From: Nitrospiria bacterium
GTDB lineage: Bacteria > Nitrospirota > Nitrospiria > SBBL01 > JAADHI01
DNA: 64,000 nucleotides
Assembly: GCA_945787655.1 (NCBI GenBank)
Contig: CALZIJ010000005.1
Span: forward strand, 2,804 to 66,803
Reading direction: 5' to 3'
Positions within the stretch are counted from its first letter, which is position 1; each line of letters starts with the position of its first letter. The notes beneath the pieces were generated by a model. It ran no database searches, was not told the DNA's origin, and worked only from the letters and a program-made list of their open reading frames with translations. Positions 56,630-64,000 of the stretch are shown here, in pieces. Position numbers and translations under genes: made by a program.

Positions 56630-57367
56630 CTAAAACATAGTAGAAAAGGATATTGTATTACAAATGCTCCCTTCGTCCATTTTTTTACTACTCATATATC
56701 CTGCATCAGCAAAACTAAAATAATCCCTGCTCCCGATAATGACATGATCCAAAACCGGAATCCCTAAAAGCTCCCCCGCCATGATCAGTCTTTTCGTCGT
56801 ATTCTTATCTTCCTCACTCGGCGCCGGATCACCGCTGGGATGATTGTGCAAAAAAATCACAGCCGCAGCGGATTCCCTCACCGCAGGTTGAAAAACCTCT
56901 CTCGGATGGACAATCGTTGCAGTCAAACTCCCTTCTGAAACCATGACATCACGAATCACTCTGTTTTTTTGGTCCATCAGGACAATCTTGAAAAACTCCT
57001 TCCGTGCCCCTCGAAGAAGATAGGCATAATGTTGAAAAACATCCTGGCTTTTTGAAATTTTTGTTCCTTCAAAATCAGAAACGGCAAGAGAACGGCGGCC
57101 GAATTCTATTGCCGCTTTCAGCTGCGCTGCTTTTGCCAGACCCACCCCTTTTACAGAACACAACTCCGCGACACTGGTGTGTACTAATTGAGACAGTGGT
57201 GAAAACTTTTTTAAAAGATGCATCGCAAGCTGCAAGGCATCCCCTTTATTTGACCCGGTTCGGAGCAATATCGCCAAAAGCTGGGCATCTGAAAGAGAAG
57301 CCGGCCCGCTTTTAAGCAATCGCTCCCTGGGTCTTTCCTCTTTGGGCCAGTCTTTGATCTTAATCAT
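56630..57367 (-). CDS. radC: RadC-family JAB/MPN domain protein
   Basis: The N-terminal PRERLL..G...LSDAQLLAILLRTG and HhH are typical of RadC. The JAMM motif HNHPSGDPAPSEED is present. Confidence 0.88.
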   Translation of the reverse strand: MIKIKDWPKEERPRERLLKSGPASLSDAQLLAILLRTGSNKGDALQLAMHLLKKFSPLSQLVHTSVAELCSVKGVGLAKAAQLKAAIEFGRRSLAVSDFEGTKISKSQDVFQHYAYLLRGARKEFFKIVLMDQKNRVIRDVMVSEGSLTATIVHPREVFQPAVRESAAAVIFLHNHPSGDPAPSEEDKNTTKRLIMAGELLGIPVLDHVIIGSRDYFSFADAGYMSSKKMDEGSICNTISFSTMF

Positions 57368-57386
57368 ATTCCGGACTCCGGAAACA

Positions 57387-57411
57387 GAATTTGGGAATTT
57401 TTCCCAAATTC
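57387..57411. promoter_or_regulatory. Perfect 9-bp inverted repeat (candidate operator) in the radC / zinc-ribbon divergent intergenic region
   Basis: GAATTTGGG, 7 nt, then CCCAAATTC. A second inverted repeat, TTTGTCG, 8 nt, then CGACAAA, lies about 45 nt further on. Confidence 0.35.
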
Positions 57412-57576
57412 AGTACAAAATATTGTCACTGATGTCAAAATTTTGTCGCTTTCTAACGACAAATGAAGGCTTTCCTCCCAATTAAACCCTTAAAAACCTA
57501 AGAAAAAAATGGCATATTATTTGCAATCTAAAAAGCGTGTGTCTTGCTCTTACTCAAATATTAAGGAGAACATATT

Positions 57577-57750
57577 ATGAAATGTCCTAAATGCAGCGGG
57601 TTAATGTACCTTGAGCGTCTTTCCGATTTTTTTGTTATTTTCAATGTCTGGAAATGCATCAATTGTGGCGCTATCATGGATAAAACCATCCTTGATAATC
57701 GGCGAAAAAGCCTTGCGGCACTGGAATCTGTCGAAACGATTTCACAATAA
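57577..57750 (+). CDS. Small zinc-ribbon protein (57 aa), not in the ORF track because it is under 60 aa
   Basis: An SD (AAGGAG, 57563-57568) lies 8 nt before the ATG. My translation is MKCPKCSGLMYLERLSDFFVIFNVWKCINCGAIMDKTILDNRRKSLAALESVETISQ, which has two CxxC pairs. Confidence 0.5.
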   Translation: MKCPKCSGLMYLERLSDFFVIFNVWKCINCGAIMDKTILDNRRKSLAALESVETISQ

Positions 57751-57769
57751 TCGTTTTAAGCCAAACCGA

Positions 57770-58366
57770 CTATTTCTTCTCATCACACGAAAAAGGGAAA
57801 GAGAATCGCTTTACTTCTCCTGTCCGGATCACTGTAATTTTTTCAAATGACAACAAAACATCCCGGCAGTGTTTCTGACTGACCTTTTTAAAAAGGATGA
57901 GCCCTTTTCTTTGACTTCTCGGAGCAATGTCACCTTCCTGCAAGCGGATGGTTTTGATAATGCCAATTTCCTTATTCACCCTTTTGATTGACTTTGGAAT
58001 CAAAACAAGCCGGTCCGGGTCATCACCATCCTTGTAATATTGAATACTGCCTTGTTCATCCAAGGGCCTGTACTCTTCTTCTGCCTCAATGAGCAAGGAT
58101 ATATCGTTCAATAAAAAGGTGATGTCTTCCTTAGTCTGATTGACAAGCGCCACATCAAAGGCCGTAAAATAATCTGACAGGTCTATGCCAAGTCGTTTTT
58201 CATCTTCAGAACCGATCCCCTTTGTGGTAATCGGTTTCACCAGGATTTGAATGGAGTCACGCTGAGGGACATGCTTACCCGTGGCGGTCGGCATGAGAAG
58301 CGGGGCGCTGGAAGTACAAGCGGTGAGCAGGATAATGAATAATAACGCCGAAAATCGCTTGAGCAT
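57770..58366 (-). CDS. Lipoprotein of unknown function
   Basis: The signal peptide carries a lipobox (LFIILLTAC). The rest is soluble and I recognise no family. Confidence 0.6.
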   Translation of the reverse strand: MLKRFSALLFIILLTACTSSAPLLMPTATGKHVPQRDSIQILVKPITTKGIGSEDEKRLGIDLSDYFTAFDVALVNQTKEDITFLLNDISLLIEAEEEYRPLDEQGSIQYYKDGDDPDRLVLIPKSIKRVNKEIGIIKTIRLQEGDIAPRSQRKGLILFKKVSQKHCRDVLLSFEKITVIRTGEVKRFSFPFSCDEKK

Positions 58367-58485
58367 AAAACCTCCAGACCGCTAGAATTATACTCCGCCC
58401 CCTATTTTAATGTCAAAGTCAGTTGGAGAAAACCATCGGCATCAGCGATCATTACATTTTTCATTGATCGACGGAGATTACACGA

Positions 58486-59028
58486 GTGAGAATTATTTCA
58501 GGATCATTAAAAGGCAGAAGAATCTTTGCTCCTTCCGGTTTGGCACTTCGTCCGACACCCGACAAAGTCAGAGGGGCTTTATTCAATATTTTATCCGACC
58601 AGGTCTTTGATATAGCCTTTCTAGACCTCTACGCCGGAACCGGAGCAGTGGGCATTGAAGCGGCCAGCCGAGGGGCAAGACAGGTCACCTTTGTGGAACA
58701 AAACGGGCGGCATTTGCAATACCTCCGAAAAAATCTCACGACATGTAAATTGAGTGATCAAACCACCGTTTACGGTATCGCCGCAGCCCATTATTTAAAG
58801 GCAAGCACTCATTCTTTTGACCTCATTTTTATGGACCCTCCCTATGAAAGCGATGAAATTGAAAAGGTATTGCCAAGGCTACAAGAGGGTGATATTATTG
58901 CGAAAAATGGCTGTTTAATCATCGAACATTTTCATAAGCAGTTATTGCCTGAAGTGGTCGGGGAGATTCATTTTCTAAAAAAATATCGCTACGGAGAAAC
59001 CGTCCTTTCTTTCTATGGAAAATCATGA
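58486..59028 (+). CDS. rsmD: 16S rRNA (guanine966-N2)-methyltransferase RsmD (GTG start)
   Basis: RsmD-typical motifs are present (MRIISGSLKGRRI, RPT.DKVRGALFNIL, DLYAGTGAVGIEAASRGA, DPPY). The gene is followed by coaD, as in many bacteria. Confidence 0.88.
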   Translation: MRIISGSLKGRRIFAPSGLALRPTPDKVRGALFNILSDQVFDIAFLDLYAGTGAVGIEAASRGARQVTFVEQNGRHLQYLRKNLTTCKLSDQTTVYGIAAAHYLKASTHSFDLIFMDPPYESDEIEKVLPRLQEGDIIAKNGCLIIEHFHKQLLPEVVGEIHFLKKYRYGETVLSFYGKS

Positions 59029-59539
59029 ACAGTCTCAAGTTGCAGTCTACCCCGGCACCTTTGACCCCATCACCAAAGGACATATTGACATCATAGGCCG
59101 CGCCCTTCGTCTTTTCGAAAACGTCGTTGTTGCTGTTGCCCCCAACCCAAGTAAAACGCCTTTGTTTGACATTGATGAACGAATCGACATGATTCGCCAT
59201 GCAACCCGGAAACTGTCCAACCTTTATGTTGAAAGGTTCCCCGGCCTCTTGATTCATTATATGCAGGAACGGCATGCCATCGCGATTATTCGAGGTATTC
59301 GCGCTGTTTCTGATTTTGAGTACGAGTTTCAAATGGCATTAATGAACCGGAAACTTGACCGGAATGTGGAAACCGTCTTTCTGATGCCCAGTGAAGAATA
59401 CACTTACCTCTCTTCCAGCTTGATCAAGGAAGTGGCCAGCTACGGCGGAGAAATAGCTGATCTGGTTCCGAAAATCGTTTCAGAAAAAATGGCTAAAAAA
59501 TCCACATTGGATAAACTGAAAAAAACGAGGAAAACATGA
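59015..59539 (+). CDS. coaD: Phosphopantetheine adenylyltransferase
   Basis: VYPGTFDPITKGHIDII is the T/HxGH nucleotidyltransferase motif. SSSLIKEV is also present. Confidence 0.93.
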   Translation: MENHEQSQVAVYPGTFDPITKGHIDIIGRALRLFENVVVAVAPNPSKTPLFDIDERIDMIRHATRKLSNLYVERFPGLLIHYMQERHAIAIIRGIRAVSDFEYEFQMALMNRKLDRNVETVFLMPSEEYTYLSSSLIKEVASYGGEIADLVPKIVSEKMAKKSTLDKLKKTRKT

Positions 59540-60729
59540 AACTTTCAAGCCGGATGTCAAAAATTAAACCCTCGGCAACCATGGCCATGGCGGCGCGGGC
59601 GAAAATATTAAAAGCGGAAGGGACAGACATCATCAGTTTCGGTCTCGGCGAGCCCGACTTCCCCACCGCACCCGTGGCTGCTGATGCGGGGATCACTGCC
59701 ATCCGGGCGGGTGAAACCCGGTACACACCACCCGCCGGCACAGACGGGCTCAAGGATGCGATTATTCAAAAACTAAAACAAGACAACGGCCTTGAATTTC
59801 AAAAAAAAGAAATTATTGTTTCCTGTGGAGCGAAGCACACACTCTATAACATCGCCCAGGTATTATTCGAAGAAGGCGATGAAGTGATTATTCCGGCCCC
59901 TTATTGGGTGACCTATCCCGATCAGGTTCGATTGGCTGGCGCAACACCCGTCATTGTCGAGACAGAAGAGGCAAACGGCTTTCTCATGACACCGACACAA
60001 CTCAAAGCGGCCATCACCCCCCGGACCCAGGGCGTTTTATTCAACTCTCCTTCCAACCCGACGGGCGCCATCTACGGAAAAAAGGATTATGAAGCCTTTA
60101 GTGATCTCTTGCTTTCATCCGACATAACCATCATATCGGACGAAATTTATGAAAAATTTCTTTACGACGGGGCCAGCCATTTCAGCATCGCGGCTCTGGA
60201 CCCCGCCCTCAAACAAAAAACCATCGTGGTTAACGGAATCTCCAAAACCTACTCCATGACTGGATGGCGAATCGGCTACGCCGCGGGCTCTGCCGAAATC
60301 GTGCAGGCCATGACCACCTTACAAAGCCAAAGCACTTCAAACCCAACCTCTATTTCTCAAAGCGCCGCAGTCGCCGCGCTGAACCACGGGGCAGACTTTA
60401 TTTCTGAAATGGTGGCTGCTTTTTCGGAGCGGAGAACCTTAATGGTCGCCTTGCTCAACGAGATTGAAGGCGTTTCCTGTACGGCACCGCCGGGCAGCTT
60501 TTATCTCTTTCCCAATGTCAAGGCACTCATTGGAAAAGAGCACGCTCATGGGACAATAAAAAACACACTCGATCTCGCGTCATTTCTTTTGGAAGAAGGC
60601 GGGGTCACCACTATTCCGGGGGAAGCCTTTGGCGCGCCGGGCTACCTGCGGCTCTCTTTTGCCTCATCGAAACCCGTGTTGTCCGCTGGAATGGAAAAAA
60701 TTAAAAAAGCGATATCTATGCTATCCTGA
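59536..60729 (+). CDS. Class I pyridoxal-phosphate-dependent aminotransferase (aspartate aminotransferase-like)
   Basis: Class I aminotransferase motifs are present (FGLGEPDF, YTPPAG, NSPSNPTG). SKTYSMTGWRIGY carries the PLP-Lys context. LRLSFA is near the C-terminus. Confidence 0.87.
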   Translation: MKLSSRMSKIKPSATMAMAARAKILKAEGTDIISFGLGEPDFPTAPVAADAGITAIRAGETRYTPPAGTDGLKDAIIQKLKQDNGLEFQKKEIIVSCGAKHTLYNIAQVLFEEGDEVIIPAPYWVTYPDQVRLAGATPVIVETEEANGFLMTPTQLKAAITPRTQGVLFNSPSNPTGAIYGKKDYEAFSDLLLSSDITIISDEIYEKFLYDGASHFSIAALDPALKQKTIVVNGISKTYSMTGWRIGYAAGSAEIVQAMTTLQSQSTSNPTSISQSAAVAALNHGADFISEMVAAFSERRTLMVALLNEIEGVSCTAPPGSFYLFPNVKALIGKEHAHGTIKNTLDLASFLLEEGGVTTIPGEAFGAPGYLRLSFASSKPVLSAGMEKIKKAISMLS

Positions 60730-60750
60730 TGAATGAAGGAGGAATGCGTT

Positions 60751-61032
60751 TTGCCGATTTACGAATACGAATGTGAACAATGTCACAAAAGAACGGAACT
60801 CTTGCAAAAGGTATCCGATGCACCGCTTAAAGCCTGTCCGGACTGTGAAGGCCCCGTCCAAAAAGTCGTCTCTCCCCCAGGTCTTCATTTTAAGGGCAGC
60901 GGATGGTACGTCACCGATTATGCGAAAAAGAACGGAGAGCCTGCCACGACAAAAACAGAATCTAAAAAAACACCCGAAAAGACCAACACCACCACACCCT
61001 CTCCAAAACCTGCGAAGGGATCTGGAGATTAG
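60751..61032 (+). CDS. FmdB-family zinc-ribbon protein (TTG start after GAAGGAGG)
   Basis: PIYEYECEQCHK ... CPDCEG is the FmdB/CxxC_CxxC_SSSS signature. The C-terminal tail is Lys/Thr/Pro-rich. Confidence 0.8.
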   Translation: MPIYEYECEQCHKRTELLQKVSDAPLKACPDCEGPVQKVVSPPGLHFKGSGWYVTDYAKKNGEPATTKTESKKTPEKTNTTTPSPKPAKGSGD

Positions 61033-61094
61033 CCCGGAAAAACAGCCCAAAGACCGCTCTGATTTTTCAACGAAGAAAAATTTCGGGAGCACGT

Positions 61095-61580
61095 ATGGCG
61101 ATTCAAAACATCACCCCGGACAAACTCGACCAACTCATTAAAAGCGGCCAAAACATTGCGCTTATTGATGTCGTCGATCCCACAAGTTTTGCCGAAAGAC
61201 ATATCGCAGGGTCAGTGAACCTGCCTTTAAAAACGCTCGCCCCTGCCGCCGTTATACAATTTCGCGGAGCGGCATCGGACGAACCGCTTTATGTCATCTG
61301 CCAGGCGGGCATCAGCAGCAAAATCGCCTGTGAGCAATTCATTACCGCCGGCTTTGACCAAGCCGTCAATGTTAAAGGCGGAAAAATCGCCTGGGAAAAA
61401 GCCGGTCTGCCGCTAACACGTCAACCTAAATCGGTATTTAAAGGTCAAGGCCTTCGCTTGTTGTGCGGCGGCGGCGTGCTCATCGGGTCCATTCTCGCTG
61501 CACTCGTCCATCCGGTATTTCTTGCACTCCCCTTGACTGCAGGTGGTGTTCTGCTTTTTTCAGGGCTCTTTCGTGGATAA
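61095..61580 (+). CDS. Rhodanese-domain protein with a C-terminal membrane anchor (YgaP-like)
   Basis: The rhodanese active-site loop is CQAGISS. The C-terminus has two hydrophobic helices (LLCGGGVLIGSILAAL, LPLTAGGVLLFSGLF). Confidence 0.78.
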   Translation: MAIQNITPDKLDQLIKSGQNIALIDVVDPTSFAERHIAGSVNLPLKTLAPAAVIQFRGAASDEPLYVICQAGISSKIACEQFITAGFDQAVNVKGGKIAWEKAGLPLTRQPKSVFKGQGLRLLCGGGVLIGSILAALVHPVFLALPLTAGGVLLFSGLFRG

Positions 61581-61639
61581 ACCCTTGTTCTTTAAATAAA
61601 TTCAAGAGACAGCCCGACATTTCATTCCCGGCGATTCTG

Positions 61640-61668
61640 TTGACTCTCCATAGGCAAAATGATAGATT
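61640..61668 (+). promoter_or_regulatory. Candidate sigma70-type promoter for serS; it would give a very short leader
   Basis: The pattern is TTGACT, 17 nt, then TAGATT, ending 12 nt before the serS ATG. No SD is visible. This is pattern match only. Confidence 0.25.
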
Positions 61669-61680
61669 GAGCGCACTTTT

Positions 61681-62955
61681 ATGCTGTCGATCAAGAAGCT
61701 CCGGGATGACCTGGACAACGTGAAAAAGGGCCTCGCCCTCAGAAACCTCGACCTCTCCTTTGAGCCATGGATTGAAGCTGACCTACGGCAGCGGGAAATC
61801 AAACAAGAGGTCGAAACCCTGAAGCACCGGCGAAACCAGGCCTCCCAGGAGATTCCTCAACTTAAAAAAGCCAAGAAACCTGTCGAAACCCTGATTAACG
61901 AAATGAAAACCGTCTCCAAAAAAATTTCAGAATACGAACATACCCTCAAAAAAATCGAATCGGAAAACGAAGATTTTCTGCTTCGCATCCCCAACCTGCC
62001 CCACGCCAGCGTGCCAGTAGGAAAAAGCGAAGCGGACAATCAGGAAATCCGACAATGGGGAAAACCACCAGCCTTTTCGTTTGAACCCAAAAGCCATTGG
62101 GACATTGGAGAAGCACTCGGCATCCTCGATTTTGAACGGGGGGCGAAAATCGCAGGGGCGCGATTTGTGCTTTATCGCGGCCTGGGCGCACGGCTGGAGC
62201 GTGCGCTGATCAATTATATGCTGGATGTTCATACTGCCTCAGGCCGTTATCAGGAAATGTTACCCCCTGTTATCGTGAACCGAGACAGCATGACCGGCAC
62301 TGGACAGCTCCCAAAATTCGAGGAAGACCTCTTTCATCTAAAAGACAACGACTACTTGCTTATTCCAACCGGCGAAGTGCCTCTGACCAATATTCATGCA
62401 GACGAAATTCTGGCCGAGTCCGATCTACCCCTTTCCTATGCGGCCCACACCCTTTGTTTTCGGCGGGAGGCAGGCTCCTACGGTCAGGACACGCGCGGCC
62501 TCATCCGCCAGCACCAGTTTAATAAAGTTGAATTGGTCAAGTTTTGTCCCCCCGCCCAATCGTATGCCTTGCTGGAAACACTCCTGGGTGATGCGGAGTT
62601 GATCCTTCAAAAACTTGGACTGCCGTATCGTGTTGTCTCCCTGTGCACGGGCGATTTGGGCTTTACGGCAGCAAAAACCTATGATATTGAAGTGTGGGTG
62701 CCATCGCAGGCGAAATATCGTGAAATTTCTTCTTGCAGCAATTTTGAGGATTTTCAGGCACGCCGCGCAAAAATCCGCTATCGTACGGAAGCGGGAAAAA
62801 TTCAGCACGTGCATACCATAAACGGCTCAGGACTCGCCGTCGGGCGCACCGTTGTCGCGATCTTGGAAAACATGCAACAGGCCGACGGCTCCATATTGAT
62901 TCCTGAAGTCTTACAGCCATACATGGGGGGTCTTGAAAAGATCGCCTCGATTTAG
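61681..62955 (+). CDS. serS: Seryl-tRNA synthetase
   Basis: An N-terminal coiled-coil arm is present. The class II motifs are FRREAGS.G.DTRGL.R.HQF.KVE and [10 protein letters not shown]. The protein is 424 aa. Confidence 0.95.
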   Translation: MLSIKKLRDDLDNVKKGLALRNLDLSFEPWIEADLRQREIKQEVETLKHRRNQASQEIPQLKKAKKPVETLINEMKTVSKKISEYEHTLKKIESENEDFLLRIPNLPHASVPVGKSEADNQEIRQWGKPPAFSFEPKSHWDIGEALGILDFERGAKIAGARFVLYRGLGARLERALINYMLDVHTASGRYQEMLPPVIVNRDSMTGTGQLPKFEEDLFHLKDNDYLLIPTGEVPLTNIHADEILAESDLPLSYAAHTLCFRREAGSYGQDTRGLIRQHQFNKVELVKFCPPAQSYALLETLLGDAELILQKLGLPYRVVSLCTGDLGFTAAKTYDIEVWVPSQAKYREISSCSNFEDFQARRAKIRYRTEAGKIQHVHTINGSGLAVGRTVVAILENMQQADGSILIPEVLQPYMGGLEKIASI

Positions 62956-62970
62956 TTAAAACGATCATAA

Positions 62971-63058
62971 GGAGAGGTGGCTGAGCGGTCGAAAGCGGCG
63001 GTCTTGAAAACCGTTGAACTGAAAGGTTCCCAGGGTTCGAATCCCTGCCTCTCCGCCA
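62971..63058 (+). tRNA. tRNA-Ser (anticodon UGA), long variable arm, encoded CCA
   Basis: The acceptor stem GGAGAGG pairs with CCTCTCC. The anticodon loop is CTTGAAA (TGA). The T-arm is GGTTCGAATCC. The extended variable arm is typical of class II tRNA-Ser. Confidence 0.93.
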
Positions 63059-63075
63059 ACTCCAATGGATGCCCA

Positions 63076-63402
63076 ATGAATGAATCTGAATTTACACACA
63101 TTGTTGATGATACCCTGGAAAAAATCGAAACCGCAATCGAACGGACAAATGCGGATTTTGATTATGAAATTGCCGCCGGAATGTTCGTTTTTGAATTTGA
63201 AAATGGCGTCAAACTCATCCTGAGCCGGCAAACCCCGGTCTTCCAGCTGTGGCTCGCAACGCCCGGCGGGGCCTATCATTTCGAATATCATCCGGAAAAA
63301 AAACAATGGTGTGACACAAAAACCAATGCCGAATTATTTTCAGTGCTCAGCACCCATGCGTCAACGCATTGCGGAGAAAAAATAACCCTCACACCGTGTT
63401 GA
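63076..63402 (+). CDS. cyaY: Frataxin-like iron-sulfur cluster assembly protein CyaY
   Basis: MNESEF... [22 protein letters not shown] parallels E. coli CyaY (MNDSEFH ... [21 protein letters not shown]). The ORF-track start at 62977 runs through the tRNA gene and is rejected. Confidence 0.88.
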   Translation: MNESEFTHIVDDTLEKIETAIERTNADFDYEIAAGMFVFEFENGVKLILSRQTPVFQLWLATPGGAYHFEYHPEKKQWCDTKTNAELFSVLSTHASTHCGEKITLTPC

Positions 63403-63467
63403 AACATCATATTGACAGCACCGGCTTTATCTCATGAGAACGCAACAACATCCACCTGGAGTTTCAT

Positions 63468-63662
63468 ATGATTGACAAAGAAAAAGAAGAAAGCATTCTT
63501 TCAAAGTTTTCCAATCAAGATCCCGCTTCCGGCGGTTACGGCGAACAGGAAGACTTCGAGAATGAAAAACCCGCAAGCCCCAAAACCAGTACCGCAACAA
63601 AAGCAAAAAAGAAAAAAAAGAACAAAACCGCAAAAAAATCCCGGAAGAAAAACCGGCGCTAA
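63468..63662 (+). CDS. Possible small (64 aa) protein with an acidic N-terminal half and a poly-Lys/Arg tail
   Basis: GGAG lies 6 nt upstream of the ATG. The composition is biased. A competing antisense ORF (63427..63756) is probably an artefact of the A-rich tract. Confidence 0.35.
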   Translation: MIDKEKEESILSKFSNQDPASGGYGEQEDFENEKPASPKTSTATKAKKKKKNKTAKKSRKKNRR

Positions 63663-64000
63663 AATCGATTCCACTTTTCAAAAACCTTAGCGTGTAAAAC
63701 GTCCTCCTATTAAAAAACACCTGTCCTGAAAGGGACCGGCCCGACTCGGCAAGCATTGAATCAGATAAACCCGGCTGTAGGCGGGGTTCAAAACCGTTTG
63801 AAATCCCCCTAAATTCCCTGGTAAGCCAAGCAAAGAAACCCTTCTTCTAATGTAGACATTGCCCAAGCGCGTCAGATTTACGCCAGAATCGGGATGCGCT
63901 TCACCTCAGTGCGGGAAAATCTGGCGCACCGCAGGCATTCATTCAAAACAATTATTCCGAGCATAAACTTAAACAGATGCCCTTTCCCTAGATTCCTAGG

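Noticed and set aside
62977-63075. The N-terminal extension of the cyaY ORF ([17 protein letters not shown]...) as real coding sequence.
   Set aside because: This stretch is the tRNA-Ser gene read in a protein frame. The CyaY homology starts at MNESEF (the ATG at 63076).
63427-63756. A 109-aa minus-strand ORF.
   Set aside because: It is antisense to the A-rich Lys-tail ORF. Its product is Phe/Leu/Arg-rich low-complexity sequence with no SD, which marks it as an artefact of the homopolymeric tract.
1-64000. A search of the whole window for CRISPR arrays, tandem repeats, IS elements, integrases, reverse transcriptases (retron or DGR), toxin-antitoxin pairs and rRNA.
   Set aside because: I saw no spaced direct repeats, no transposase, integrase or RT-like ORFs, and no 16S, 23S or 5S signatures. 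The only RNA gene I can support is tRNA-Ser.

Overview
This is a 64-kb chromosomal window from a diderm (Gram-negative type) bacterium. GC is mid-range, roughly 45-50% by eye, and the lineage cannot be determined from the sequence alone. Most of the window is core housekeeping. The minus strand carries a nuoA-K NADH:quinone oxidoreductase operon (11614 down to 1896), followed by one MrpD/NuoM/N-like antiporter subunit and a translationally coupled small membrane protein. Other genes are moeA, lptF/lptG, an M28 peptidase, a Nudix hydrolase, gcvPB, an sdhA/frdA-type flavoprotein and a PEP-CTERM protein. A glycerophosphodiester/glycerol-3-P cluster, livHM, hflKC, a SWIM-SNF2 helicase, smc, thiL, lon, galU and coaE are also present. 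So are a TPR protein, polX, radC, rsmD-coaD, an aspartate aminotransferase, an FmdB zinc ribbon protein, a YgaP-like rhodanese, serS, tRNA-Ser(UGA) and cyaY. I saw no rRNA, CRISPR array, transposase, integrase or phage genes. Five things do not look routine. (1) A compact chemosensory-like module at 24.3-28.7 kb has no CheW. It encodes a CheX-like phosphatase, a membrane-anchored CheA-type kinase lacking the CheW-like P5 domain, a CheY, and a soluble protein that combines the MCP hairpin-tip motif with a CheZ-like FQDxxxQ motif. (2) A tightly packed four-gene operon at 18.6-21.1 kb encodes a pentaheme cytochrome c, a DUF3365-like monoheme protein, a His-bearing 4-TM protein and a TM-HAMP stub with no output domain. 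(3) nuoJ is interrupted by one in-frame TAG. (4) The distal end of the nuo operon is non-canonical. (5) A lower-GC three-gene unit (coiled-coil protein, LuxR-type regulator, large metallophosphoesterase) lies between the SNF2 helicase and smc. All functional calls rest on motif recognition in the supplied translations. No database searches were run.
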